Below are positions 50,275-59,591 of a DNA stretch of 64,000 bases, one piece after another (positions within the stretch are counted from its first letter, which is position 1; the number at the start of each line of letters is the position of its first letter). Below the pieces are notes generated by a model, which was not told where the DNA came from, did not search any database, and saw nothing but the letters and a program-made list of their open reading frames with translations. The stretch covers positions 1,154-65,153 of the forward strand of contig CALVOW010000004.1 of NCBI GenBank assembly GCA_944350445.1, in the 5' to 3' direction. The stretch is from an uncultured Bacilli bacterium (lineage in GTDB: Bacteria; Bacillota_I; Bacilli_A; RF39; UBA660). The translations under genes and the position numbers were made by a program.

Positions 50275-51072
50275 ATGAATAAAATTGCAATAGATTTAGG
50301 ATTTGTGCAAATATATTGGTATTCTATTACTATGTTACTTGGTGTAATATTTGGTAGTCTTTTAACTTATACAGAGCTTAAAAGATTAAAAATGAATACT
50401 GATTATTTCTTGAATATGATATTTTATGTTATTATTTTTGGCTTTTTAGGAGCTAGAATTTATTATGTTTTATTTAATTTAGATTATTATTTAAGTAATC
50501 CTACTGAGATAATTGCTATTTGGCATGGTGGTCTTGCTATTCATGGGGCTATCATAGCTGGAGCTTTAACAATTATTTTCTACAGTTTAAAACATAAAAA
50601 AAATAAACAAGAAATTGTTAAATATTTAGATGTTTCAGTTTTTGGTATTTTACTTGGACAAATTATTGGTAGATGGGGAAATTTTTTTAATGGTGAAGCC
50701 CATGGAGGTATAACAACTCGTGCTTTTTTAGAAAGCATCCATATTCCAAATTTTATAATTGAAGGTATGACTATTAATGGAATAATTTATCATCCAACTT
50801 TTTTATATGAATCGCTTTTAAATTTAATTGGTTTAATAATTTTATTGATTATTAGGAAAGTAAAAAAGTTAAAAATTGGTATGATAACCTCTATTTATTT
50901 AATGTGGTATTCTATTGTTCGTTTCTTTATTGAAAGTATGCGAACAGATAGTTTAATGTTAGCAGACTTTAAAATGGCTCAGATAATTTCAATTATTTTG
51001 TTTATTGTTGGGCTTATTGGTTTTATTATTTCTTTTAAATTCGGAAATAATTATAATGGAAAGGAAAGTTAA
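50275..51072 (+). CDS. lgt: Prolipoprotein diacylglyceryl transferase
   Basis: GRWGNFFNGEAHG signature and a multi-TM protein. I prefer the ATG at 50275 (AGGTGG RBS) to the TTG at 50230. Confidence 0.9.
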   Translation: MNKIAIDLGFVQIYWYSITMLLGVIFGSLLTYTELKRLKMNTDYFLNMIFYVIIFGFLGARIYYVLFNLDYYLSNPTEIIAIWHGGLAIHGAIIAGALTIIFYSLKHKKNKQEIVKYLDVSVFGILLGQIIGRWGNFFNGEAHGGITTRAFLESIHIPNFIIEGMTINGIIYHPTFLYESLLNLIGLIILLIIRKVKKLKIGMITSIYLMWYSIVRFFIESMRTDSLMLADFKMAQIISIILFIVGLIGFIISFKFGNNYNGKES

Positions 51073-51978
51073 ATGGAAAAATATGATTGTATAATAATTG
51101 GTGGTGGAATAGCTGGAATTACAGCCAGTATTTACTTAAAAAATGCTAATAAAAAAATATTATTGATTGAAAAAAGTGCTCTTGGTGGCCTCTTAAATAA
51201 GATTAGTAAAATTGAAAATTATCCTGGTTTTAAAAGTATAGCTGGTCCAGATTTGGCTTTTTCATTATATGAACAAGTAAAATCTAATGATATTCCTTTT
51301 TTAAATGATACTGTTATAAGTATTAAACCGAAAAAGAAATATCATGTTGTCTCATTAAAAGATAAAACCATTTCCGCCCGTTTTTTAATTCTTGCAACTG
51401 GAAGAGAAGCCAGAAAATTAAATTTACCAGGTGAAGATAAACTACTTGGTAAAGGTATCAGTTATTGTGCTCTTTGTGATGGTCCCTTTTATAAAAACAA
51501 AGATGTTTGTGTAATCGGAGCCGGTGATTCAGCTCTTTTAGAAGCAATTTATTTAGCCAATATTTGTCATCATGTAACAATTATTAATAAATATTCAAAG
51601 TTTAAAGGAAAAGAAAGTTTATTAAATGAAGTTTTGCAAAAAGAAAATATTTCAATTTTATATGATAGTTTAACTTTAAGTTTAAATACGGAAAATGGGT
51701 TTTTAAAATCAATTACTTATCAAAAAAACGATCAAAAAGCAAATCTTGAAGTTGCTGGAGCCTTTGTTTATATTGGAAGTACTCCAAATATTTTTAGTGG
51801 TTTAAATATAAAATTAGATAAAAATTATATTGAAGTTAATCAAGATATGCAAACAAGTATTGATACTATCTATGCTGTTGGTGATGTTGTTAAAAAAGAT
51901 ATTTATCAACTTATAAATGCTGCTAGTGAAGGAATGACAGCTGCAATTTCAATTATTCAAAGATTAAATAAGGAGTAA
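51073..51978 (+). CDS. trxB: Thioredoxin reductase-like flavoprotein (variant pyridine-nucleotide site)
   Basis: 301 aa with FAD-binding GGGIAG, a redox CxxC (CALCDG), a second Rossmann motif GAGDSA and C-terminal GDV. The canonical HRRxxFR is replaced by NKYSKFK. Confidence 0.8.
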   Translation: MEKYDCIIIGGGIAGITASIYLKNANKKILLIEKSALGGLLNKISKIENYPGFKSIAGPDLAFSLYEQVKSNDIPFLNDTVISIKPKKKYHVVSLKDKTISARFLILATGREARKLNLPGEDKLLGKGISYCALCDGPFYKNKDVCVIGAGDSALLEAIYLANICHHVTIINKYSKFKGKESLLNEVLQKENISILYDSLTLSLNTENGFLKSITYQKNDQKANLEVAGAFVYIGSTPNIFSGLNIKLDKNYIEVNQDMQTSIDTIYAVGDVVKKDIYQLINAASEGMTAAISIIQRLNKE

Positions 51979-51980
51979 AT

Positions 51981-52907
51981 ATGTCTTTTACTACAAAAGT
52001 TAAAAATGAAATAAGTAATAACTATGGAAATATTAGTGAAAATATAGCGGAATTAGCTGCTATTTTTCGAAATTCTTATCAAAAAGCTGATAATATTTTA
52101 GAAATTGTGACTGAAAATTCTACGGTTTGTAAACATATTTATAGGCTTATAAAAGAAATTTATCATGTTAATACGAAAACTGAATATAAAAATACCAAAT
52201 TTAGTAAAAATCGCTTATATATAGTTTCTATTCCTGATAAATTAGAAATTATTTTAAAAGATTTAGGAGTTTTATCCGAAAATTTTAAATATTTAGATAC
52301 TCCACCTTCTTATTTATTAGATGCTGAAGATGAAAAAAGGGCTTATTTAAAAGGAACTTTTTTAATGACAGGGAGTATAAATGACCCTAAAACTTCCATG
52401 TATCATTTAGAATTTTTTATTGACTATTTAGAAGAAGCTAATTTTTTATCAGCTTTATTGAATGAATTTTATTTAAACAGCAGAGTAATTGAACGTGATA
52501 AAGGTTACATGGTTTATATTAAAGAAGCGGAGAAAATTGGTGATTTTTTAAGGATTATAAGTGCTAGTTCAGCAGTTATGTACTTTGAAGATATTAGAAT
52601 TTATCGTGATCATAAAAATATGACTAATCGTCTTAATAATTGTGAACAAGCTAATCTCGAAAAAAGTATGTTAACTTCTAATAAGCAAATACAAGATATT
52701 AATTTAATTAAAGAAAAAATAGGATTAGATGCTTTGGACTTTAAACTTGAAGAAGTATCTTTATATCGTTTAAAATATCCTGAAGCATCTTTACAAGAAT
52801 TAAGTGAAATAATGACAATTGAAACTAATAAACAAATCACGAAATCTGGTCTTAATCATAGATTTCGAAAAATTAAAGAAATTGCTAAGCGAATTAGAGA
52901 AAGCTAA
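51981..52907 (+). CDS. whiA: DNA-binding protein WhiA
   Basis: 308 aa with N-terminus SFTTKVKNEI, LAGLIDADG-like repeats (YLKGTFLMTGSINDP) and a C-terminal HTH (KSGLNHRFRKI). Confidence 0.9.
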   Translation: MSFTTKVKNEISNNYGNISENIAELAAIFRNSYQKADNILEIVTENSTVCKHIYRLIKEIYHVNTKTEYKNTKFSKNRLYIVSIPDKLEIILKDLGVLSENFKYLDTPPSYLLDAEDEKRAYLKGTFLMTGSINDPKTSMYHLEFFIDYLEEANFLSALLNEFYLNSRVIERDKGYMVYIKEAEKIGDFLRIISASSAVMYFEDIRIYRDHKNMTNRLNNCEQANLEKSMLTSNKQIQDINLIKEKIGLDALDFKLEEVSLYRLKYPEASLQELSEIMTIETNKQITKSGLNHRFRKIKEIAKRIRES

Positions 52908-52908
52908 A

Positions 52909-52945
52909 AAGTTATCCATCGTTTAAATGGATAACTTTATTTATT
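52909..52945. terminator. Bidirectional terminator between convergent whiA and the alpha-CTD-like gene
   Basis: AAGTTATCCAT / ATGGATAACTT perfect 11-bp stem with a 7-nt loop, flanked by an A-run on one side and a T-rich stretch on the other. Confidence 0.75.
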
Positions 52946-53155
52946 GGTTTTCTTATTTAAATCAATCCCATGTAATTCTAATTTAATAATAATTTCTTTA
53001 ATTTCTTGATCATTTAAATTAATTTTTTTTAAGTTTTTGCGATTTTGAATCCAAAGATCATAAACACTTAAAATATCATTATCTTTTAAAATATTAATAA
53101 TTTTCGGATTTAAATTTAAATAACTAATATCTTGATCTAATAAAGCACTATTCAT
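52937..53155 (-). CDS. Stand-alone RNA polymerase alpha-subunit C-terminal-domain-like (HhH) protein
   Basis: 72 aa. LLDQDISYLNLNPKIINILKDNDILSVYDLWIQNRKNLKKINLNDQEIKEIIIKLELHGIDL aligns by eye with E. coli alpha-CTD ([62 protein letters not shown]). Confidence 0.6.
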   Translation of the reverse strand: MNSALLDQDISYLNLNPKIINILKDNDILSVYDLWIQNRKNLKKINLNDQEIKEIIIKLELHGIDLNKKTNK

Positions 53156-53639
53156 TTACAACTCCTTCTTCAACCTTTTTAATGATATATTCTTTTGTTT
53201 CTTCAAAAGACATATTTAAAACTATCGAAAATTCTGTATATAAATATATTTCAGCTAGCTCAAAGTAATTTTTATCTTTATCACTTATTTTTTTCTTATT
53301 ATCAAGTCTTGCTTGATTTCTTTTATAAGTTGTTTTTATAATAGTAATTAAATCTTCCCAACTAGCATTATTTAATAATTTTTTATACTCTTGTTCTATA
53401 TTTTTATCATCACATTCAATTGTTTTTATGTTTAAAATATTGTTTATAATTTCATTTATTTTCTCAATCGTAATTAAATTTCTAATTGAATGATTATTAA
53501 CAGGAATATTTAATTTTAAAGAATTATCATTTACTGGGGATAAAATATAATAATCTGTGTCATTCATATATTTCTTTTTTATATCTAAAATTTTACAAAC
53601 ATCTTTTAGATAAACAACATAATCACCAATATTATACAT
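53148..53639 (-). CDS. CarD/CdnL-family RNA polymerase-binding protein
   Basis: 163 aa with a Tudor-like N-terminus (YNIGDYVVYLKDVCKILDI...YYILSPV...LKLNIPVNN..IRNLIT) and a helical C-terminal domain, matching the CdnL/CarD layout. It overlaps the downstream gene by 8 nt. Confidence 0.72.
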   Translation of the reverse strand: MYNIGDYVVYLKDVCKILDIKKKYMNDTDYYILSPVNDNSLKLNIPVNNHSIRNLITIEKINEIINNILNIKTIECDDKNIEQEYKKLLNNASWEDLITIIKTTYKRNQARLDNKKKISDKDKNYFELAEIYLYTEFSIVLNMSFEETKEYIIKKVEEGVVNE

Positions 53640-53845
53640 ACAAACCTCCTTCTTATAAAAAAATAACTATAAAACAGGATTTACGCCGTTTATAGCTACA
53701 CGTTTCAACCATATTATACCATTTTTTAAAAAAATAAGTAAGTAAAAAAATTATTTTTTTAGAACTTAGTTCTTATTTATAATATGTAATTATTAAGTAA
53801 TTTATGAATTTTTTATAAAAAAAATTATCCAACTAATAAGATAAT

Positions 53846-54427
53846 TTATTTTTTCTTTTCTAAAATTTTATCAACTATTCCATATTCCAAGGCTTCTTTG
53901 CTATCTAAAAAATAATCTCGTTCAGTATCGGTGGTAATAGTTTTTAAATCTTTTCCAGTATTTTTAGCAAGAATTTTATTTAATTTTTCTTTTAATTTTA
54001 AAATTCTTTCAGCAACTATTTTAATTTCCGTTGCTTGACCTTGAACTCCTCCAAGTGGTTGATGAATCATAACCTCAGCATTTGGTAAAATATAGCGTTT
54101 TCCTTTTTGACCACAAGAAAGAAGAAAGGCTCCCATTGAGGCTGCCATACCAAGACAAATTGTTGAAACATCACTTTTAATAAAATTCATGGTATCCATA
54201 ATAGCCATTCCTGCTGTAATTGAACCACCTGGTGAATTAATATATAAATTAATATCATCATGATTCAAAGAATCTAAATATAAAAGTTCACTAACAATAA
54301 TATTTGACATTGTATCATCAATTTCTCCTGATAATAAAATAATCCGATCTTTTAAAAGTCTTGAAAAAATATCATAACTACGTTCACTACTAGTATCTTT
54401 ATCAACAATAACAGGAACTAAGTTCAT
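53846..54427 (-). CDS. clpP: ATP-dependent Clp protease proteolytic subunit
   Basis: 193 aa with [16 protein letters not shown], the Ser site [11 protein letters not shown] and the His site MIHQPLGG. Confidence 0.96.
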   Translation of the reverse strand: MNLVPVIVDKDTSSERSYDIFSRLLKDRIILLSGEIDDTMSNIIVSELLYLDSLNHDDINLYINSPGGSITAGMAIMDTMNFIKSDVSTICLGMAASMGAFLLSCGQKGKRYILPNAEVMIHQPLGGVQGQATEIKIVAERILKLKEKLNKILAKNTGKDLKTITTDTERDYFLDSKEALEYGIVDKILEKKK

Positions 54428-54514
54428 TTCATCACCTATAATTAAAATATGTAAACTAAGTTATTTTATACGTAAAAAAATTAATTTTTATGGTATAATC
54501 ATCTTGGAGGATAT

Positions 54515-56164
54515 ATGTTAGAGAGTATAAAAGTGTGGGTTAATGAAAAAGAAACTATTGTCAAGAAAGGTATTACACTTCTAGAACTTAGTAAAATGTA
54601 TGATGATTTATTTAATCATAAAATAGTTCTCGCTAAGGTTGATTCTGAATATCGGGAATTAAGTGATACAATTAATAAGCCTTGTCATATTGAATTTTTT
54701 GATTTAACAGATTCTTATGCTAATCGAGTTTATTTAAATGGTTTAGTTTATCTGACTAATTATTGTTTTCATGAATTATTTAAAAGTCAAGGTTATCTAT
54801 TAACAAGACATTCGGCTGATAAAGGTTTATATATGGAAGCAACTTGTGATTTAACTAGGGAAATGATTGCTGACTTAGAAAACAAAATGCATGAGGTTGT
54901 TAAAGACAATTTAAGAATTCATAAGGTTACAATTTTAAGAGAAGATGCTATTCATTATTTTGAAGAAATTGGTGATACTAAAAAAGCTGGGCTTTTAGAA
55001 TATATGACTAATACTTATGTAAATTTATATCGCATGGGAAATAGTTATAATTATATGTTTAGTTTAATGCCAAGTGAAACATCATGTTTAAATGAATTTA
55101 AACTTACATTTTTAAATGAAGATGGTTTTATTTTAAGATTTCCAACAATTTATAATCATTTGGAAATTCCAAGATATAAACATCATGCTAAGTTATTTGA
55201 AGTCTTTAAAGAATCAAAAGAAATGTGTCGTTTAATGAATTTAGAAACTTCAGTTGATCTAAATAATATTATTACCTCAGGAAAAATTTCGGATTTAATT
55301 AAAATTACAGAGACTTTATATAGTAATAAATTATTAAATGTAGCTAAAAAAATAGCTAGTGATAGGAAAGTAAAAATTGTTTTAATTGCTGGACCATCTT
55401 CTAGCGGTAAAACAACAACAACTAAGAAGTTATCAATGTATTTACGAAGTTTTGGATTAAAGCCCAAGATGCTTTCGATGGATGATTTCTTTGTTGATAG
55501 AGAGAATAATCCTAAAAAAGAAAATGGCGAATATGATTTTGAATGTTTAGAAGCGATTGATCTTGGTTTATTTAATAAAACCTTGGATAAACTATTAAAA
55601 GGGGAAACAGTTTTATTACCTATATTTAATTTTGTAACTGGTAAAAAAGAATTTCGGAAAGAAATGACTTTAAGTTCGGATGATGTTTTATTAATTGAAG
55701 GAATTCATTGTTTAAATCCAAAAATATTAGAAAATATTGATTCTAGAAGAAAAATGAAAATCTATTTGTCAGCTTTGACAGAGATTAATATTGATAAAGA
55801 CAATCGTATTTCAACAACTGATAATCGTTTAATAAGAAGATTAATTAGAGATTATTATACGAGAGGATATGAACCATCTGAGACTTTAGATTTATGGGAT
55901 AGCGTCAGGGAAGGGGAAGAAAAATATATTTTCCCTTATCAAGATGAAGCTGATATTACCTTAAATACAGGTTTAGTCTATGAATTTCCGGTTTTAAAAG
56001 TTTATGCCTTACCACTTTTATATACAGTTAAAAGTGACAATGCTTTTTATGAAGATGCTAAAAGGTTAATTAGACTTTTAGATATATTTTTACCAGTTCC
56101 TAGTGAGGAAGTTCCTAATGATTCTATTTTAAGAGAATTTATTGGGGGAAGTTATTTTAAATAA
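54515..56164 (+). CDS. Uridine kinase/phosphoribulokinase-family P-loop kinase fused to an N-terminal TGS/ThrRS-SAD-like region
   Basis: 549 aa with the P-loop IAGPSSSGKTTTTKKL at about residue 290, then LIEGIH and a downstream kinase core. The N-terminal 250 aa resemble the ThrRS N-terminal accessory region. A TGGTATAAT extended -10 lies upstream. Confidence 0.65.
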   Translation: MLESIKVWVNEKETIVKKGITLLELSKMYDDLFNHKIVLAKVDSEYRELSDTINKPCHIEFFDLTDSYANRVYLNGLVYLTNYCFHELFKSQGYLLTRHSADKGLYMEATCDLTREMIADLENKMHEVVKDNLRIHKVTILREDAIHYFEEIGDTKKAGLLEYMTNTYVNLYRMGNSYNYMFSLMPSETSCLNEFKLTFLNEDGFILRFPTIYNHLEIPRYKHHAKLFEVFKESKEMCRLMNLETSVDLNNIITSGKISDLIKITETLYSNKLLNVAKKIASDRKVKIVLIAGPSSSGKTTTTKKLSMYLRSFGLKPKMLSMDDFFVDRENNPKKENGEYDFECLEAIDLGLFNKTLDKLLKGETVLLPIFNFVTGKKEFRKEMTLSSDDVLLIEGIHCLNPKILENIDSRRKMKIYLSALTEINIDKDNRISTTDNRLIRRLIRDYYTRGYEPSETLDLWDSVREGEEKYIFPYQDEADITLNTGLVYEFPVLKVYALPLLYTVKSDNAFYEDAKRLIRLLDIFLPVPSEEVPNDSILREFIGGSYFK

Positions 56165-56181
56165 GAAAGGATGATGAAAAA

Positions 56182-57189
56182 ATGAAAGTAGCAATTAATG
56201 GTTTTGGTCGAATTGGCAGATTAGTTTATAGAATAATGGAAGGAGAATATAGTAATTTAGAAGTAGTTGCTATTAATGATTTAACTGATCCAAAGCAACT
56301 TGCTTATTTACTAAAATATGATACTAATCATGGTAACTATAAAATAGATGAAATTAGTTATGATGAGGAAAATATCTACGTTGCAAATAAAAAAATTAGA
56401 GTTTATAAAGAAAGTGATCCAAGTCTTTTACCATGGAAAGAGTTAGGTGTTGAATTAGTCTTTGAATGTACGGGACATTTTACAAGTTATGAAAAATCAT
56501 TAGCCCATATTAAGGCGGGAGCTCGTCATGTTATTGTTTCCGCTCCTTGTAAAGGCGATGTTAAAACCATTGTTTATAATGTAAATGATGATATTTTAAC
56601 AGGTTCAGAAGATATTATTTCCGCTGCTAGTTGTACAACTAATTGTTTAGCTCCGGTTTTAAATATTTTAGAAAAAGAATATGGAATTAGTTCTGGTTAT
56701 ATGACAACTGTTCATGCTTATACAAATGATCAAGTAACTCTTGATGTTGCTCATAAAAAAGGAATTGAATCACGTCGTGGAAGAGCTTGTGCTGCCAATA
56801 TTGTTCCAACTTCAACTGGGGCTGCTAGTGCTATTGGTAGTGTTATTCCAAGTTTAAAAGGAAAAATGCAAGGTCTTGCTATGCGGGTTCCGGTTGCAAC
56901 TGGATCAGTTGTTGATTTAGTCTTAAAATTAAAAACAAAAGTAACTAAAGACGAAATTAATAAAACTTTTGAAAAGTATCAAAATGAAACGATTAAAATA
57001 ACTTATGATCCAATCGTATCTAGTGATGTTATATCTTCATCATATGGTTCAGTTGTTGATGGACTATTAACAGATGTTTTAGAAACTGAGGAAGGGGATC
57101 TTGTCAAAGTAATTGCTTGGTATGACAATGAAATGGGTTATTCTTATCAAATGGTAAGAACAGCTTCTAAATTAGCAAGTAAGGATTAA
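56182..57189 (+). CDS. gap: Type I glyceraldehyde-3-phosphate dehydrogenase
   Basis: 335 aa with NGFGRIGR, the catalytic ASCTTNCLAP and WYDNEMGYS. Confidence 0.96.
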   Translation: MKVAINGFGRIGRLVYRIMEGEYSNLEVVAINDLTDPKQLAYLLKYDTNHGNYKIDEISYDEENIYVANKKIRVYKESDPSLLPWKELGVELVFECTGHFTSYEKSLAHIKAGARHVIVSAPCKGDVKTIVYNVNDDILTGSEDIISAASCTTNCLAPVLNILEKEYGISSGYMTTVHAYTNDQVTLDVAHKKGIESRRGRACAANIVPTSTGAASAIGSVIPSLKGKMQGLAMRVPVATGSVVDLVLKLKTKVTKDEINKTFEKYQNETIKITYDPIVSSDVISSSYGSVVDGLLTDVLETEEGDLVKVIAWYDNEMGYSYQMVRTASKLASKD

Positions 57190-57190
57190 A

Positions 57191-57748
57191 ATGGAAATAA
57201 TTTTGTATTTTTTTCGAGATACAATATCAGGAGTTCATTACTTTATTTATGCTTTTGTTTGTTTATTTTTAATGTTTTCAATAATTGGTTATTTGTTTAA
57301 ACAAAAATATGCTAAAGTAGAAATTAAACTAAAAAGTAGTCAACCAAGTGTTCAAGCTACTACTGAACAAATAGCAACTGTTCAAGGGAAAGCTAAAAAA
57401 CTTAGTCGTAAAGAGAAAAAATTATTAAAGCAAAAAAATAATATTCCTAGCCAATCCCTAAATACACCACCAGTACAAACAAAAGTCGAAGCACCTATTC
57501 CAAATCAAGTTGCATCTCCTCCAGTAACACCACAAGTAACAGTTCAAAATACAGGTCAATCAGTAGTTTCTAATCAACCAAATCAGCAAGTAGTCAAGCA
57601 AGCTAATCAACCTTTAAATGTTGTAGCTAATCAAATACCAACTCAAAGTCAAAATTTAAATCAAGGAACTAATTTACCTAATAATCAAACAGTAACTAAA
57701 AATATTCAACCAACTAATACCAATATTCCTATTCCGGAAATAAAATAA
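57191..57748 (+). CDS. Hypothetical membrane-anchored protein with a Q/N/P/V-rich low-complexity tail
   Basis: 185 aa starting 2 nt after the gap stop. It has one TM (HYFIYAFVCLFLMFSIIGYLF), a Lys-rich segment and then about 100 aa rich in Q, N, P and V. Confidence 0.5.
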   Translation: MEIILYFFRDTISGVHYFIYAFVCLFLMFSIIGYLFKQKYAKVEIKLKSSQPSVQATTEQIATVQGKAKKLSRKEKKLLKQKNNIPSQSLNTPPVQTKVEAPIPNQVASPPVTPQVTVQNTGQSVVSNQPNQQVVKQANQPLNVVANQIPTQSQNLNQGTNLPNNQTVTKNIQPTNTNIPIPEIK

Positions 57749-57763
57749 ATATAACTATTTATA

Positions 57764-57797
57764 AAAGAATATGAAAGCAAATTTTATATTCTTTTTT
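57764..57797 (+). terminator. Rho-independent terminator
   Basis: AAAGAATAT / ATATTCTTT 9-bp stem followed by a T-run. Confidence 0.65.
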
Positions 57798-57876
57798 AAT
57801 ATTAAAAAAAAGTTTATTAAATATTCAAAAAAATATGTTATAATGTTTGTGTATATACTAAATAGGCGGTGATACA

Positions 57877-58575
57877 ATGGAATTTATAAAATTTAAAAAT
57901 GTAACCAAACAATATAAAAATGGTGTTGTTGCTATATACGATTTTAATTTAAGTATTGAAAAAGGCGATTTTTGCTTTATTATTGGTGGATCAGGATCAG
58001 GAAAAAGTACTTTAATTAAAATGCTTTATCGTGAAGAAAAACCAACCAAAGGTGAAATAATTATTGGAGGGTTAAAAGTAAATAAGTTAAGAAATTCGAA
58101 TGTTTATAAATTAAGAAGAAAACTTGGTATTGTTTTTCAAGATTATAGATTACTTCCAAAATCAAATGTTTATGAAAATGTTGCTTTTGCCTTAGAAGCA
58201 ATTGGGGATAGTAAAAAAGATATTCGTCCTAAAGTTTTAAAAGCCATTGAACTTGTTGGGCTTAAAAGTAAATTAAGAGATTATCCTGATAATTTATCAG
58301 GTGGTGAACAACAAAGAGTAGCTATTGCTAGAGCGATTGTTAATGAACCTAAACTTTTAATTTGTGATGAACCAACTGGTAATTTGGATCCTAATATGAG
58401 TATGGAAATTGTTGAACTTTTAGATGAAATTAATAAAAAAGTTGGAACAACTGTTATTATGGTAACTCATGATAAAACAATTGTAAATAACATGAAAAAA
58501 CATGTAATAGCCCTTAAAGAAGGACATTTATACAAAGATTATAAGGAGGGTGAATACATAGATGAGATTCTTTAG
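57877..58575 (+). CDS. ftsE: Cell division ATP-binding protein FtsE
   Basis: 232 aa ABC ATPase (GGSGSGKST, LSGGEQQR, LICDEPTGNLD) overlapping ftsX. Confidence 0.9.
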   Translation: MEFIKFKNVTKQYKNGVVAIYDFNLSIEKGDFCFIIGGSGSGKSTLIKMLYREEKPTKGEIIIGGLKVNKLRNSNVYKLRRKLGIVFQDYRLLPKSNVYENVAFALEAIGDSKKDIRPKVLKAIELVGLKSKLRDYPDNLSGGEQQRVAIARAIVNEPKLLICDEPTGNLDPNMSMEIVELLDEINKKVGTTVIMVTHDKTIVNNMKKHVIALKEGHLYKDYKEGEYIDEIL

Positions 58576-59461
58576 AATATTAGGACGTAGTATAAGAGAT
58601 GCTTTTAAAAGTGTTGGGCGTAATTTTTCGCTATCGTTAGCAAGTATTTCATGTATTGTTATAACTTTAATTATTGTTGGTATTTCGTTAATTGTTTCTT
58701 ATAATGTTGATAATTTTTCTCAAGAATTAAAAGAAGATTTAACTATTATTGCTTTTGTTTCTAATGATGCTGATGAATATACCTTAGAAAAATTAAAATT
58801 AGATATTTCAGAAATTAGTAATGTTGAAACTGTAACTTTTAAAAGTAAAACAGAAATAAAAGAAGAAATGATGGCTGAAGATGAAGCTTTTGAAAATGCA
58901 ATGAGTAATTGGGATGATGAAGAAAATCCTTTACAAAATACTTATATGATAAAAGTAAATGATATTGAAAAAATAACGGAAACGGCAACGGCAATTAGCA
59001 ACCTAGATTCAATTGATGTTGTTAAATATGGCGAAGGAATGGTTGATCAGTTAGTAACAATGTTTAAAGGAGCTGAGAGAATATCAATCATTGCGGTTAT
59101 AGCCCTTGTTTTAATGACGATGTTTTTAATTGTCAATACGATTAAATTAACAATTTTTTCAAGAAAGAGAGAAATTTCCATTATGCGACTTGTTGGAGCT
59201 AGTAATTTTGCTATTAAATTACCATTTGTTGTTGAAGGAATGATTTTAGGTTTTATTGGGTCAATTATCCCAGTTTGTGTTATGATTTATGGTTATTATG
59301 CTTTATATAATTATTTTGGAGGCAGAATATTTACTGATTTAATTAAATTAGTAAGTCCAGAACCATTTATTTATATTGCTTCTCTTATTGTAATTGGTAT
59401 TGGTATTTTAGTTGGTATGTTAGGATCAGGTAGAGCAGTTAAAAAGTATTTAAAAGTATAA
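58562..59461 (+). CDS. ftsX: Cell division permease-like protein FtsX
   Basis: 299 aa with TM1, a periplasmic domain, three TM helices and REISIMRLVGASN, typical of FtsX. Confidence 0.88.
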   Translation: MRFFRILGRSIRDAFKSVGRNFSLSLASISCIVITLIIVGISLIVSYNVDNFSQELKEDLTIIAFVSNDADEYTLEKLKLDISEISNVETVTFKSKTEIKEEMMAEDEAFENAMSNWDDEENPLQNTYMIKVNDIEKITETATAISNLDSIDVVKYGEGMVDQLVTMFKGAERISIIAVIALVLMTMFLIVNTIKLTIFSRKREISIMRLVGASNFAIKLPFVVEGMILGFIGSIIPVCVMIYGYYALYNYFGGRIFTDLIKLVSPEPFIYIASLIVIGIGILVGMLGSGRAVKKYLKV

Positions 59462-59496
59462 AATTAGATTTTATGCTTTTTTTAATTTTAGAAAAA

Positions 59497-59523
59497 TTAG
59501 CACTCTTACTTGACAAGTGCTAA
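59497..59523. promoter_or_regulatory. CIRCE-like HrcA operator overlapping the clpB promoter
   Basis: TTAGCACTC-TTACTTGAC-AAGTGCTAA against the consensus TTAGCACTC-N9-GAGTGCTAA (one mismatch). TTGACA (59510-59515) and TATAAT (59532-59537) are 16 nt apart. Confidence 0.7.
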
Positions 59524-59591
59524 TTTTTGAGTATAATTAGTATTGGAATATGAATTTTAGTCATATTATAAATAGAAAAGGGGATGATTTT

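Noticed and set aside
54428-54514. Searched for a CtsR operator (GGTCAAA-NAN-GGTCAAA) or CIRCE upstream of clpP.
   Set aside because: Neither motif was visible. Only a TGGTATAAT promoter for the divergent kinase gene was seen.
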